The position numbers and the translations under genes are program-made. A stretch of 64,000 bases of DNA, taken from NCBI GenBank assembly GCA_964016885.1, contig OZ024742.1, positions 351,912,001 through 351,976,000 of the forward strand. Reading direction: 5' to 3'. Shown one piece after another: positions 43,076 to 58,387 of this stretch; within the stretch, counting starts at the first letter, position 1, and each line of letters opens with the position of its first letter. The notes beneath the pieces were generated by a model. The model was not told the origin of the DNA. It ran no database searches and saw only the letters and a list, made by a program, of their open reading frames with translations. The DNA is from Eledone cirrhosa (taxonomy: Eukaryota).

Positions 43076-43128
43076 GTGTTGAAACACATACTCAAACAGA
43101 CGTGCATAAAACACACACCCATTTGAAG

Positions 43129-43340
<212 letters not shown>

Positions 43341-43341
43341 G

Positions 43342-43505
<164 letters not shown>

Positions 43506-43530
43506 CATATATACATATATATATATATGG

Positions 43531-44905
43531 TATGGTTGATTGTAGACTTGTTCTATATGTGACGGTATTTTAACGATAGTTATAGCTCTGATTCATCTGA
43601 ATTATTGAGCCCTCTGCCGCTCATATCGAATTTCGTTTATCGTGAACTCGTGCGCCGATTTTTCGATACTCGATCTTTCTAATATATTTAGCTCTGGACA
43701 TAGCTATCCACCAGTTAATTTTATTGCTCATTTTTTGTCGATTCTATTGAGTGATGAATAGCTTTTGTTTTATTTTAACATGTCTATTGAGCACTCTAAT
43801 TCGATATGTGTATTTCCACATTCACTCGAATTGTTTTCGCGGATATAGGGGTCATCTCCCTTGTCTAATGCCATGTGCGTTTTTCACCGCTAGTTGACTC
43901 CTCTGCCGCCAGGAAAAAACTCGTTGATAACGTAAACTCCGTTCCACTTGCTCTAGTAGGCTTTTATATTTATATGTGAGCTGATAGAGTACAGTCTAAG
44001 GATTTACAGAAACCCATGAAGCTAGATTTAACACCTTTCTAGTGGGTCCGGGTATGATTTTACATTCATTTAAATTATTGACGTATTGTTTTATTGATAT
44101 TTTTTATCTGTTTGGCCCGAATCTTCCTTTATCGATTTTAAATCGTATGGTTGATTGTAGACTTGTTCTATATGTGACGGTATTTTAACGATAGTTATAG
44201 CTCTGATTCATCTGAATTATTGAGCCCTCTGCCGCTCATATCGAATTTCGTTTATCGTGAACTCGTGCGCCGATTTTTCGATACTCGATCTTTCTAATAT
44301 ATTTAGCTCTGGACATAGCTATCCACCAGTTAATTTTATTGCTCATTTTTTGTCGATTCTATTGAGTGATGAATAGCTTTTGTTTTATTTTAACATGTCT
44401 ATTGAGCACTCTAATTCGATATGTGTATTTCCACATTCACTCGAATTGTTTTCGCGGATATAGGGGTCATCTCCCTTGTCTAATGCCATGTGCGTTTTTC
44501 ACCGCTAGTTGACTCCTCTGCCGCCAGGAAAAAACTCGTTGATAACGTAAACTCCGTTCCACTTGCTCTAGTAGGCTTTTATATTTATATGTGAGCTGAT
44601 AGAGTACAGTCTAAGGATTTACAGAAACCCATGAAGCTAGATTTAACACCTTTCTAGTGGGTCCGGGTATGATTTTACATTCATTTAAATTATTGACGTA
44701 TTGTTTTATTGATATTTTTTATCTGTTTGGCCCGAACCTTCCTTTATCGATTTTAAATCGTATGGTTGATTGTAGACTTGTTCTATATGTGACGGTATTT
44801 TAACGATAGTTATAGCTCTGATTCATCTGAATTATTGAGCCCTCTGCCGCTCATATCGAATTTCGTTTATCGTGAACTCGTGCGCCGATTTTTCGATACT
44901 CGATC

Positions 44906-44912
<7 letters not shown>
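43531..44912 (+). repeat. Tandem array of a 615 nt unit, about 2.25 copies, ORF-less, inside (TA)n; one HHR-like motif per unit
   Basis: TATGGTTGATTGTAGAC at 43531, 44146 and 44761; copies nearly identical; CTGATAG..GAAACCCA..TGGGTC at 43981-44048 and 44596-44663. Confidence 0.9.
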
Positions 44913-45542
<630 letters not shown>

Positions 45543-45569
45543 TTATATATAATTTATATATATCTATAT

Positions 45570-48500
45570 ATCCACACCTGAGCGCTCACTCCTCAGTAAT
45601 GGCCTTCGCTTCATACCCCACACTCCGCACAGCGACGAGTTCCGCACCCGACAGGAGGTCGAGCGATTCGTGCGACCTACGAAGCTACAGGCACCTTTCG
45701 GTCAAACGCCACCGGCTCCGAACGCCCCAGACCCGTTTCTCGCCCTGGGCAGACGACCATCGTCTTGGACGATGACCCCAGGGAAATTTAGCACCTTGGA
45801 CGCGTTCGTCGATATCAGCCGTGGCGCAGTAAATCGCTTCGACTTCCGCCACCGGTCCCAATGGAATAACATCTTACCGGGCGAACTCCTCGCTCTCCGC
45901 TCCCTCCGTAGCCGAGCTAACATCGTTATCAAATCGGTGGGCAAGGAAGGCGCCATGGTGGTGTGGCGCGCTGGCCTCTACACGGCTGAAGCCCTCAGGC
46001 AGCTCCGTAACCCCCTCTTCTACCGGCCTCTACCCTCCGATCCCATACCCCTCTACCAACAACAAGTTTCCTACACCATCCAACACCTTGCCTCCTCCTC
46101 CCCCCACCGCTTCCCACCTCATCGTCCGCACCCCCGCACCCCCACCATCTACTTCCTCCACAAAATCCACAAACCCGACAGCACCTGCCGCCCCATCTTC
46201 TCCGCTTGCAACTGCCTCACCGAACTCATCTCCGCCTTTCTTGACTCTATCCTCGCCCCCCTCGTCACCACCCTCCCCTCCCACATCTCCGACACCAACC
46301 ACGCCCTTCGCCTATTCGACTCATTCACCTTCCCACCCGGCCCACAGCCCTTCCCCTTCACCCTAGATATCAAGTCGCTCTATACAGTCATCCGCCACGC
46401 CGACGGCCTACGTGCCCTCAAGCACTATCTCGACCTTCGCCCATTCCCCATCCCCTCCACCCCACCCTCTTTCGCCTCGCAGAGCTGGTCCTCACCCTCA
46501 ACTGTTTCTCCTTCTCGGGTGAGTTTTACCAACAGGTCACGGGGGTAGCCATGGGCACAAAAATGGGCACAAACTATGCCAACCTTTTTGTTGGCCATAT
46601 TGAGGCCCAAATCTTTGCCCAGTACACCGGCCTCACGCCCGAACTGTACCGTCGTTACATCGACGACTGTATCGGAGCCACGACACTCACCCGAGAACAG
46701 CTCGACTCCTTTCTCTCCTTCTTCTGCTCCTTCCACCCCTCCCTCCACTTCACCACCTCTATCTCCACGACCCACGTCCACTTCTTAGACATATCCGTCG
46801 TCTTCGACCCCTCCCATCACTCCCACGTCACCTCCGATTTCTTCAAACCCACCGACTCCCACTCCTACCTCGACTTCACCTCTTCCCATCCCACACACAC
46901 TAAACACTCAATTCCCTACTCCCAACTCCTCAGGATCCGCCGCCTCTGTAGCCGAGATGCTGACTTTGAGACCCAGGCCCTTTCCCTAATAGGCCATTTC
47001 ATCCGCAGAGGTTAACCCACGACCAGCCCACCCCACCCCATCCATCTCGTCCACAACCCTCTCACTCGCGCCCGTGCTGTCCACCGCTCCAGCACCCTCA
47101 TCCCACGCCACCGCACACCCACCCATCGTCTCCCCTTCCCCATCACCTACCACCCCTCCACCGCACCATCCTCCGCCACTTCCGACGCCTCCAGTCCGAC
47201 CCCTCCACCCCCCACATCTTCCCAGCTCCACCACTCCCCTCCTTCAAACGCGCACACAATCTCCGCACCCTTCTCGTCCGCAATTCCCTAACCCCCAACC
47301 CACGACCCCCCCCCGGGTCCTTTCCCTGTTCCAGGCCTCGTTGCAACACCTGACCCCACACCACCAACACCACCACATTCCAGGGTCCCCACGACCACTC
47401 TCTCTCTGTCCGGCATGCCTTCCGCTGCACCTCCTCCAACCTAGTCTACGGACTTCGCTTCACGGAGTACAGCGTACCCTACGACGGACAGACTCGACGT
47501 CGCCTGGCGGACCGCTTTACCGAATACCTCCGAGATATTCGTCTCGGCGGTAGTTCCCCCATCGCCCGCTGCTTTGGCGCCCCTGGACATTCCGCGCTCC
47601 ACCTCACAGTCTGTGGCCTACTCCAATGCCACGGAACAACCGCCACACTCCTCAGGGTCGACAACGCACCATCTTCACCCTACAGACCCACACTCCCCCC
47701 GAGCTGAATCCCCCACCCCTATTTCTTTAGCCTTCGACCGCCCTGTCCCCCCTACACACACCTATCCCCCACTAACACCATTAACACACTCCTTCTTGTC
47801 ACCCCACAACTAACAATACTAACACCCCCACACAAACCTGACCACCCTTCATCAACTAACATTACTAACATCCTTCCTTTCTTCTAACCCTCCCCTTTTC
47901 ACGCACACACCCACCGGTACATATATACACGCACTCACACTAACCACACACCCTACTACCACCACTAACCCTCACACCCACACATCCACTCCCACCACCC
48001 CACAACTAATACCACTACCCTCTCCCGACCCCACGCACACGAACACACGCAGCCACTTACACCACCAACTCTACACACCCTAACACCACTGACCTCCACT
48101 AACACCCGCATTCAACCCTTTCCCCAGCACAGTGTACTAACACCCACTAACACCCCCTTCACCACACACACACCACTACACTACACTCCCTCCACCGGCC
48201 CCTACACCTTTGTACCCCACACAACACCCCTTCTCACACACACACTCTCACATCGCACTAACACCTCTACTAATAAACACACCCTCCCCACCCCACCTTT
48301 CACACCTACCCATCCTCTCCCCTGTCCACCGCACCTCCGCACACACTGACACACCGACTTTCTCCACCTGCCATTCCCCTCGACTGCTGCTATGCCCTGA
48401 ATCTCTGACCACCTCTCCGCACACACATATCCACAACCCTCCTCCTGCCTTGACCCTCTGACCACTTCATGTTGCGCGTTCACCCCACATCTCCCCTCTT

Positions 48501-49257
48501 CTGACCAACCCAACCACGGATTACACATATTGGACATCGCTCCCACGAATCAACTCCATCACAAGGTAATTACCCGGCATCCCACCACATCCTCTACGGA
48601 ACTACCTTAGGAACTTACCCACGGACATACACTCAACAAAATTGTTTTTTCCACACGCCACCTACATGCACAATACGTATAAACACCACACACACGTGCA
48701 TACCACCACATATTTACACACTCAGCCTCCGGAATGATCTGCCCCCTCACTCACCCCCTCTGACGCCTCCCCATCCGCACACGCGCACACACACCGACCT
48801 GTACCCCACCCCGCACACACCTTTTCCTGAACATGCAACCCCGTTCTTCCCCCAACTCTCACATACACACACACACACACACACGTACACCTACACACAC
48901 ACACTAAGTTCAACCCTCCCCGCTCAGACACCCCGCCTCCCTCTTCCCACTCCACCCGCCACCACCCCTACACGCCCCACACCTTCCACCACCTGTTTAA
49001 TTTCATGTTTATTTTAATTTTTATTATGCTTTTATATTTATTTTCATTTGTACCGTTTCCTCTCACCCCCTTTTTTCTAAATGTCTCTCCCCGTCTCCCC
49101 TACACCCTATTGGAACTCTCTTCCCACACACCTTTCGCCTGAAGAAGGGCTTATGCCCGAAACGTCGTTCCCCACCACCACCCCACTCTCAAGAGCGTGA
49201 AATTAATAAACCTTTGTTCGTACTGCCTCTCTGTTTTGTTCCCGTTCAATTTTTCAC

Positions 49258-49260
<3 letters not shown>
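45570..49260 (+). mobile_element. C-rich Neptune-like PLE with a degraded RT-EN (~45575-47710) and 3' UTR/pLTR
   Basis: [90 protein letters not shown]; frameshifts and stops; (TA)n on both sides. Confidence 0.92.
49137..49168 (+). ncRNA. Canonical minimal type I hammerhead ribozyme
   Basis: GC-CTGAAGA-A-GGGC-TTAT-GCCC-GAAA-CG-TC-GT; palindromic ACGT stem III (dimer-type); AATAAA at 49205. Confidence 0.9.
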
Positions 49261-49302
<42 letters not shown>

Positions 49303-50194
49303 CTTTCTCGTAGCATAAACGAAATATACACACACACATTATTACACTACAAGTGCGTTATATACTCCGTGATATGCATTAAATACACTTTCTTACTATC
49401 GTACGTTTATCTACATACATCAGTATAATAAAATGCATGTAATTTTGTTTTGTATGATATTGCTTAAGTAAATTATAACATACAGAAAATAATGTCACTA
49501 TTGAAAAGATTCTTATTAACAAATATAAACCACAGGTATGCTGGAATCATACAGCTAACCATATTTAATGAGTTGTTGTACATATTGATATTGAAACAGA
49601 ATTACCTTTGAATATTCAACATCTACAGAAACATTAATGAGTTGTATATAATTAATGGCATTAAGCGTAGGATTTCCAAAGGGTGGTGCATTTGCCATTT
49701 TTTTCCTCATGGGGAGGCGGCCGTAGTAATGCCAAGTAAGTGAAGTACAAACTCTAGTAACGCTGCTGTCAGTTACACAGCAGGAGATAAAATAATGACT
49801 CAAAATATATTGCACATTTCTGGCTTAAATAAGACACATGACCTCATCACAGTTAGATCCCCATTAGCCTTATTATTTTGACTTCCTAAGCCTTCTTTTT
49901 GAAGAGAGTTGATTAAAGTTGAAATGTATCAGTAAACATGACTCAAAGGCACAAATAAATATGAACGAAATAATATTATTGAAATGTACGTATGAGAAAA
50001 TATAGAGCTACGACTGTCAGCAGAAAACACAACGTAAACATGTTTACTATAGATTGATCATCATATCCACTGCAATATATTAACAGAACAGTTGTAGCTT
50101 GCAACACTACGAATAGACGAATTCATGGCGCCAAATTGCATAGTGTTCAAAGTTACATTCATGGATTATCTCTCCCCTTTATTTTCTCTCTCTC

Positions 50195-50281
<87 letters not shown>

Positions 50282-50435
50282 TAGTGAACATGTGTAGTAG
50301 TTTTCTATATATATCTAACTTGTAAAGTGAGGATATATTTCAACATTAATATGTTATTAATCAGATTATGACATTTCAAATCTACAATAATATTTTCATA
50401 TTGACATCGATAATGTGCTGTATTTTAAATGGCTA

Positions 50436-50469
<34 letters not shown>

Positions 50470-50861
50470 GTGTGGGGGGGGGGGGTATATAGAAGGAAGT
50501 GTGTTTTTTATTATAAAAAAAATACAGAATAGAAAACGAGTTGTTCTTCAAGGTGGAAACTATGAGGAAAGGAAATCGATATGAGATTATTGATTGATTT
50601 ACTTTACCCGTTTCACAGTTCTATGAACAGTGACTTTTCAAAAGTAAAATTGAGATGGAAGGTTTGTGTTTCTGTTGTGGTTAGTCTCGCATCTGATGCG
50701 AGACAAGCCACCGTTCATAGAACACGTCAGTTTCATTATCGTTTTCTTTTCCCTATATAGATAAAATCCGAAAGATGGCACGAGTCTAATCTTTCTCAAT
50801 TTTTCCGATCTTACATCTTCTCACTTTTATCTTTCTATTTATCTTTTCTTTCTAATTCTAT

Positions 50862-50895
50862 CTTCTGAAGAAGGACTAGTGTCAGAAACGTCAAG
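50862..50895 (+). ncRNA. Minimal type I hammerhead motif in an ORF-less element
   Basis: CTT-CTGAAGA-A-GGAC-TAGT-GTCA-GAAA-CG-TC-AAG; upstream hairpin GTGGTTAGTCTCGCATC-T-GATGCGAGACAAGCCAC at 50677-50711. Confidence 0.75.
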
Positions 50896-51045
50896 TCACT
50901 GTTCCTGTTAAACTAATATATTTCTTCAATGTTGTGTGTCATTTGCTATATTATATCTGTCTAATGTTTGCATGCACGCACACATACACACAAACACCCC
51001 ATCCACACACACGCACACACACACACCCATATATATATATATATA

Positions 51046-51430
51046 CACCTCTGTATGTGGTTGACGGCTGAGAGTAAAGAGTACTCAATACCTATGTTGA
51101 GTGTTAATGTTCTTCTCTGACGACAGTATGGTAAACAGGCTAAAGTGCAGTGTAACGCAGTCTAGCGTTGATAAAATGAATATATATATAAATTTATACC
51201 TAATTGTGTATGGTTGACGGTATATTTGGTCAGTTTCTACATGCTGTTGAAATGTTGGGTAAATACTCTATTGTGGTCAACCGCGAAGAGGCTGCTTTCG
51301 GTAATTTATCAATTATTTCTTCATAGGAGCCTTTATTCTTATAGCCTGGTCTAATTGATTTTTTATATGGTTGATTATGCTAATTGGGAGAGGAATAGTA
51401 TATATTTTATCTTATAATTCTAAGGACATG
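51046..51430 (-). mobile_element. Degenerate pLTR-like element
   Basis: Minus strand ATGAAGA-AATAATT..AATTACC-GAAA near 51295-51323 and a downstream TATTGAGTAC motif. Confidence 0.4.
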
Positions 51431-51435
51431 ATTCA

Positions 51436-51491
<56 letters not shown>

Positions 51492-52218
51492 GTGTGTGTG
51501 TGTGATCATATATATTCAGCATCATGTCTCATTCCCTTGCAACTTTGTTAAATTTTTAAATAATCTGCGATTTATTTAATGTTGATAAGTAGCACACACT
51601 TACTTCCGTTGGCAATTTCAAAGATCATTAAATATCAGTCCTGAGATTATCCACGAATTCCACAATACTTATATTTGCTGAAATACGGGAACTTTATGGA
51701 TTTAAGTTGATCAATTAATTAACATTTCATTTCCCTTAATGATGTAACGTTTGCCTCATACATTACTTTGAATTAACAACTCACTATACCACATGCTATT
51801 ATATAATATATCTACTGTTCCTTTGTTATTTCAATGTTCCTAACACATTAAGCGTAACTCCCTATATATTTTTCTTCATTTACCCTATAGCAGTGCCTTT
51901 TAATTCCCAATACATTCAATGCCAGGGTATTGATCCTCGTTAAATATTTTACTACCACAAGGTATTCAGCCTCGGTTAATATTCAGTCTTATGACATAGT
52001 TGCCTCCGAACACTGATATTATATCAGATTTATTGACAGCCATTCATAAACTATTCATTAAACTTTCTGAATTTAGCAAGACATTCCTCGTTAGATACGT
52101 TGGATGTAACAAAATTGTGACCAGTTGTATTATAAATAATGTTTGTAAAGGTATGTACAAACACAAATTCTCTTTCGCGTACACAGACACTCACTAACAC
52201 GCACGCATATATGAATTC

Positions 52219-52299
<81 letters not shown>

Positions 52300-52340
52300 G
52301 TGTGTACGTGTGTGTCTGTGTGTGCGTGTGTACGTGTGGG

Positions 52341-52408
<68 letters not shown>

Positions 52409-52974
52409 TATATATATATATATATATAGATATATTTATATACATACCCACACGTACACACGAACACACACATATATATATATATATACAACTGGTGCTA
52501 TTAAGTTAGACATGGCCTGGGCCAATTTTAGCAGAAACCTATCAAAGTTATCAACCTTATCAAAGATATCCAAATATGTATGGTGAGGCACGTGTCTTCG
52601 ATGATGGTGTACTATTATGTTGTGGAAGTAGCAATATATAGTAACAATAGTAATAAATGGAAAATATATCAGTTTAGTATCATATTTACGAAAATCTGAG
52701 ATTTGTATTCACATACCCATTGACCGTTGAGGTCTAGATGTTGGGTATGTCACTATCTTATTAATAGAATATTGTATTTTATCTGATGAAAGCATACTAT
52801 GATATCCTTGAAATATGTATAATGAAATAAATATGATACTATAGTGATATAGTTTCCATTTATTACTATTTTTACTATTACAATACTCCAGCTAAATGTT
52901 TTTCTGTAGAGTCGTTCATATCTGTTGTGAACATAACTCTGTTGAATACTTATCAACAAAGCATATATATATAT

Positions 52975-53150
52975 CACCGTATTTTTGCTAAAGAAATTAA
53001 AGGAATTATTTAGCCTGATAGTGGGGTTAAGAACCCTCGGAGAAACGGAAAAAAGATGAGTATTGACGTACATGTACGTCAATACTCATCTTTTTCCATA
53101 CGGCGAAAGCTAACATTTCTAATAATTTCAAATCAACTCGCTGTTTCGAA
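52975..53150. mobile_element. Family E fold-back element
   Basis: GGAAAAAGATGAGTATTGACGTACA/TGTACGTCAATACTCATCTTTTTCC is a perfect palindrome; homologous to 59575-59810 and 61548-61768. Confidence 0.8.
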
Positions 53151-55842
53151 AATATTCTTACTTGATATATATATATATATGTTTGTGTGTGTGTGGGGGG
53201 GTATAGACATGTGTTTTCTAATTCTTTTGGAAATATATTTGCAATCGTTTGGCGACTATTGTCTATATAAAACATCCAGGCCTTATACAATAAGATATAC
53301 GAAACCTACTATTATATTGGCTGATATTTATAAACCTGATTAAAACGTAATTGGTAATATTTTCGAATGAGAAGCGACAGTCTTTTTGCGAGGGCTTCTT
53401 TTACACAATTTCCTGTTAAATGTTTTGTACACATTTTTCTCGTGATTCCATGTTCACACTCCTGCCAAATAGTGAATGCAAAATCATCTCCTTTTTTATT
53501 GAAAGAGATTGACATCAATTTACCAGGTTTGAACAATTTACCTTCATTTGCATTTGATTGTACGAGTTATGGCATTACATGACTTAATTGGATCTCATTT
53601 GAAGTTCAGCAACATTGTAGTTGGTAATCTAATGTAATAGGGTAGTTGAGGAACGTATTTTTTGGCTTCATATTTTATCTCCTTCAATGCGACATTGCAA
53701 AACATTAGATGGGAAAGTCATAGAAACATTTTCTAAGACAAATTACCTTCAAACGTAAAGCACTTCAAATGTCAGAAATATGGCATATATGTATATATCA
53801 ATCAAAGATCACACTAAGTTTTCTAAAGCAGTAGATGCTAATCATATATAAATAAAACACAGCAAGGATTTCTAGTGAGTAGGCGGAGAGGAATGACGAA
53901 TAGGATATGATGGAAACGTAATATTCAAAAACGACAAAATCTTCTTTGTAGATATTCCGTAGGGACTAATTGTCCAAGGGAAAAACTAATTATCTTAAGC
54001 AAACTTCACTACCGCAATGGCAATATATTTTATCCATCAATCACATTGTAAATATTGGACGTAGTAATATTCACACTATTCAATTTCATAGACATCTTTA
54101 CATCGATAGAAGATTTTTCCTTACAAATTCATTTATCAATTCGAACTATTTATCGCCAAAGTAACGCAACCTGACAAGATAGTCCAATGATCTTTCTTGT
54201 CTCATATTGCCTCACCCGATGTAAAGAAAGAAAATCGAAATTATCAATGATGAAAATTATGACTGGAAGATATATGCGAAATATAAGGTTTATATTTACT
54301 ATATAAAAAATATGTCCCACCAATTCACATGAGGCTAAAACCAAATCTGTAGATCATTAAAATGATTAAAATGATCTGACAGTGTTTGCAGTATGGACAC
54401 AAATATAAGAAGCCATTCTACCATGAAAGACTGAAAACGAAGCAGTCTAAGAAAAAGTTAGAAACATTCTCTAAAGTAACACAACCGAACCACTCATCTA
54501 TAGATATAAAACAAGCAACGTTTCACTCAGACGTAAATGTGAATTTAATGAGAAACCTGACAAAACACATATATAAATAAACAATCAACACTTTTTCAAC
54601 GAACAGAAAAAAACTAGAAGGTATTCAGAAGGATTACAATGTGTGCCAGCTACGGTTGCACAAATGCGAAACATTTTACTTCCAAGAAAAAGAAAAAGCC
54701 ATGTACGTGAAAGGAACGTACTAAAGCTGTAAATCGTTCAAAAGTAAATAATAGACGTTATACAATTTCTGTAGATAATACGTAAACAATGCGAACATTC
54801 CATAGTACAATATTGGGAGAGGGAAACCCGAGGATAGTAATATTTGGAATTATTTGACATTCCAGATAAACACTAGTCATACACTTTCCAAGGAATATTT
54901 ATTGGAATATACATCTGGCTTAAATTAAGATAATTACAAAAAAAGAAATCTTGGTCAATCCAATTGTGTTGCAGACATCGGAAAAATATTTAAATGGTGC
55001 ATTTTTGGTCTAGTTTAGACATTTACACAATAGTGTTTTTGCCAACAAAACAGTTCAAAGCTGTTAAGCACAATTTAACAACAGAACAATAAATGAATAC
55101 ACCAGACATACATTTCGTGACATTAGATAAAATTAACAAGTGACAATTTAAGTAAACCTGTCACAAATGAAGAAATCAAGAGATTAATCTGACAATGAAA
55201 CACGCAAAACTATAACAGATATTTAAAAATACCATCTTAGATATTTTAAATACTCATGCAAGGACACCATAGAATGGGAGAATATATCAGACAACGATTT
55301 TATGACATATGATTCCAGTGACGTCTGCAAAAATATCACAACATGATGGATAAATAGAGCAAAAATGTGATCAAACCAAGAAATGACTGAAGTTAAAAGC
55401 AGCCACATAAAAAAACAACATATACTGAAATAAACAATCATTTACCGATAAACAGGTAAACATTTCTTATAACATATAATACGGCACGGAATAAAGTAGA
55501 TTATATGAGACACAAACAGACGAAATAGATTCAGTATTGGCCAATGGGGTAACGTAATCGGTAAAAAAGGAACAAGGTCTGAAGAACGGAATAACATTAT
55601 AGTTGCTCGTATATTGAATATGTGTTGAGTGTTATCTAACAATTGCTGCGACATAGTTGAATTATTAAACGACAGCCAATCATATTTCAATTACATGTTT
55701 TTTGCCTGTATATTATGTTTCAGATTTGCGTAGGTACATGATCCTATACAACAGGTTCGAAGTATAGTCTGACGATTTGAGGGGTAAACAATTGTTTCTG
55801 TCGTCACGAAATTGCGTTCAGTATATCATTATTATTATATGC

Positions 55843-56158
55843 TCAAATCCCGCCGAGGTTAACTTTGCCTTTCATCCTTACGGGGTGGATAAAATAAGGT
55901 ACCAGTAATGTACCGGTTAATTGCTGGCCTTGTGCCTAAAGTAGAAACGATTATTGTTATATGCTCAAGTGGATTGGTGTATCGGTAGAGGGTCGGACGC
56001 CATGCTTTGCAGCAAAGAGTTACGGCCCTTTTTGGTCTGAGTTCAAATCCCGCCGAGGTTAAGTTTACCTTTCATCCTTACGGGGTCGATAAAATAAAGT
56101 ACCAGTAATGCACTGGGTATTTGCTGGCCTTGTGCCAAATGTAGAAACAATTATTATT
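55843..56158 (+). mobile_element. Two tandem SINE family 1 copies sharing a triplicated target sequence
   Basis: Copies at 55843-55955 and 55968-56158; TTATT(A/G)TTATATGCTCA occurs before, between and after them. Confidence 0.85.
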
Positions 56159-56511
56159 ATATGCTCAGTTCAGTGCAACATTTCTACACTTTGTTGTATT
56201 TCATTGTGTAGAAATAGCAATTTGTAAGTTACTGTTCCTCGTTCAATTACCACACATAAAGAATAAAACAAGACAGAGCAGAGATCAACACATTCCATCG
56301 ACTAACATTTTTCCAAAGAAATAATCCCTAAACATTGCGTTTCAGAAGATCCCGTTAAGGGTGAAAGCAGCGATTCTTTGCTTAACATTTAATCTGATAT
56401 TTTAATAAATCGAGGATTCTTATATATTTGATATATATTTGTCCTTAACGAGCCCTCTTTGGATTTTAGTCTTTCACATTTATTATTATTACTATATATA
56501 TATATATATAT

Positions 56512-57073
56512 AATTATTATAAAAAAACAGGAGGCTGGACTGGTGTACATTCTTCAAAGGTTTATTATACTATGATCATTTCAATGACCGGGTTCAGTAT
56601 GCATCCGGTGATATCTTCAGGTATTAGAAATATAACAAAGGAATATAACACATAAAGTCCATGGGGCTGAAAATCAGAGACAAGAGGACGACCGACTATT
56701 TAGCAGCTTCTATCTCAGTCGGTCGCCCTCGAGGTAGAAGCTGCAAATTAGTCGGTCGTCCTCTTGTCACTGATTTTCAGACCCATGGAATTTATATGTT
56801 ATATTCTTTTTGTTGTATTTCGAATATCTGATGATATCACCGGATTCATACTCAACCCAGTCATTGAAATGATCATAGTATAATAAACGTGTCAAGGATT
56901 TACACCAGTCCTAACTCCTGTTATTTTATAATAATTAACTCCGTACTCGCACCACCAACTACACAAAAGAAGACGGGTGAGTTGCATTACATTGAGTACT
57001 CTCCATAACATTACATCGAGATTGACCATACAGAATGGCCAGTTCTATGCAGTGGTCGACCAACACACCTAAA
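56512..57073. mobile_element. Family D fold-back element (~200 bp arms plus ~140 nt tail) with degenerate HHRs
   Basis: 56512-56715 inverts 56728-56935; minus strand CTGAAGA..GAAC-CCGG-TC at ~56583-56622, plus strand CTGATGA at 56828. Confidence 0.8.
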
Positions 57074-57737
57074 TATATATATATATATATATTATAAAGA
57101 ATTAATATCTAGTAACATATATATACATACAGATGCATATCATTGCTAGCAAATATATAGGTTTTGTCTTAGTAACTTTGTGGTTCAATGCATGGGGTTG
57201 CAAAACAATAATATGAGAGACGTAAAATAAGAAAATTATAAAATTAACTTACTTACTAAAATATCACTTCCAACTAATTAGTTTCTGGAATGGAATAAAT
57301 ATATTTTCCGATGAAGATACAGAGAAGCATTCCGCCGTCAGGGAGGTCTATTCTCATCTAAGTATCCAGGCAAAGCGTGGACACTGGAAACTTAATAAAC
57401 AATAATTCAGTGGATAGGAAATAGCAAAGCGTGGACTGAATTCCTAGCCATTACTAGATATTAATTCTTTATAATTATCTCCAAATTATTTGTCGAGCAA
57501 TGTTGGCCATGACTGCTGCTATGGTAGCAGGCCGCTGTCTTATTAACAAACCTCTTTCCACTGATTGACCTCGATGTCACGTGATTGATTCTTTTTGAAT
57601 TTGCCACCGACGCAGAGGCAGTGATTTTCTCAATGGCTAGGAATTCAGTCCACGCTTTGCTATTTCCTATCCACTGAATTATTTTTTAATAAGTTTCCAG
57701 TGTCCACGCTTTGCCTGGATACTTAGATGAGAATAGA

Positions 57738-57817
57738 CCTCCCTGACGACGGAATGCTTCTCCGTATCTTCTTCGGAAAATATATTTATTCCATTCCAGA
57801 AACTAATTAGTTGGAAG
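57738..57817 (+). ncRNA. Type I hammerhead ribozyme, canonical core
   Basis: CCTCC-CTGACGA-C-GGAATG...CATTCC-A-GAAA-CTAATTAG-TT-GGAAG; palindromic stem III. Confidence 0.85.
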
Positions 57818-58255
57818 TGATATTTTAGTAAGTAAGTTAATTTTATAATTTTCTTATTTTACGTCTCTCATATTATTGTTCTGCAACCCCATGCATTGGA
57901 CCACAAAGTTACTAAGACAAAACCTATATAGTTGCTAGCATTGATATGCATCTGTATGTATATATATGTTACTAGATATTAATTCTTTATAATTATCTCC
58001 AAATTATTTGTCCAGCAATATTGGCCATGACTGCTGCTATGGTAGCAGGCCGCTGTCTTATTAACAAACCACTTTCCACTGATTGACCTCGATGTCACGT
58101 GATTGATACTTTTTGAATTTGCCACCGACGCAGAAGCAGTGATTTTCTCAATGGCTAGGAATTCAGTCCACGCTTTGCTATTTCCTATCCACTGAATTAT
58201 TTTTTAATAAGTTTCCAGTGTCCACGCTTTGCCTGGATACTTAGATGAGAATAGA

Positions 58256-58335
58256 CCTCCCTGACGACGGAATGATTCTCCGTATCTTCTTCGGAAAATA
58301 TATTTATTCCATTCCAGAAAGTAACTAGTTGGAAG
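58256..58335 (+). ncRNA. Second-unit hammerhead (stem III mutated)
   Basis: Same as 57738 but GAAA-GTAACTAG-TT. Confidence 0.7.
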
Positions 58336-58387
58336 TGATATTTTAGTAAGTAAGTTAATTTTATAATTTTCTTATTTTACGTCTCTC

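Noticed and set aside
47351-47353. In-frame TGA at a Zn-knuckle Cys position (CSRPRCNT*), suggesting selenocysteine as reported for some Naiad PLEs
   Set aside because: The element is frameshifted and has another C-to-A type stop (RRG*P at 47013); no SECIS was recognised, so decay is simpler
53312-53600. Short minus-strand ORF, possible transposase remnant or exon
   Set aside because: No recognisable motif or splice support
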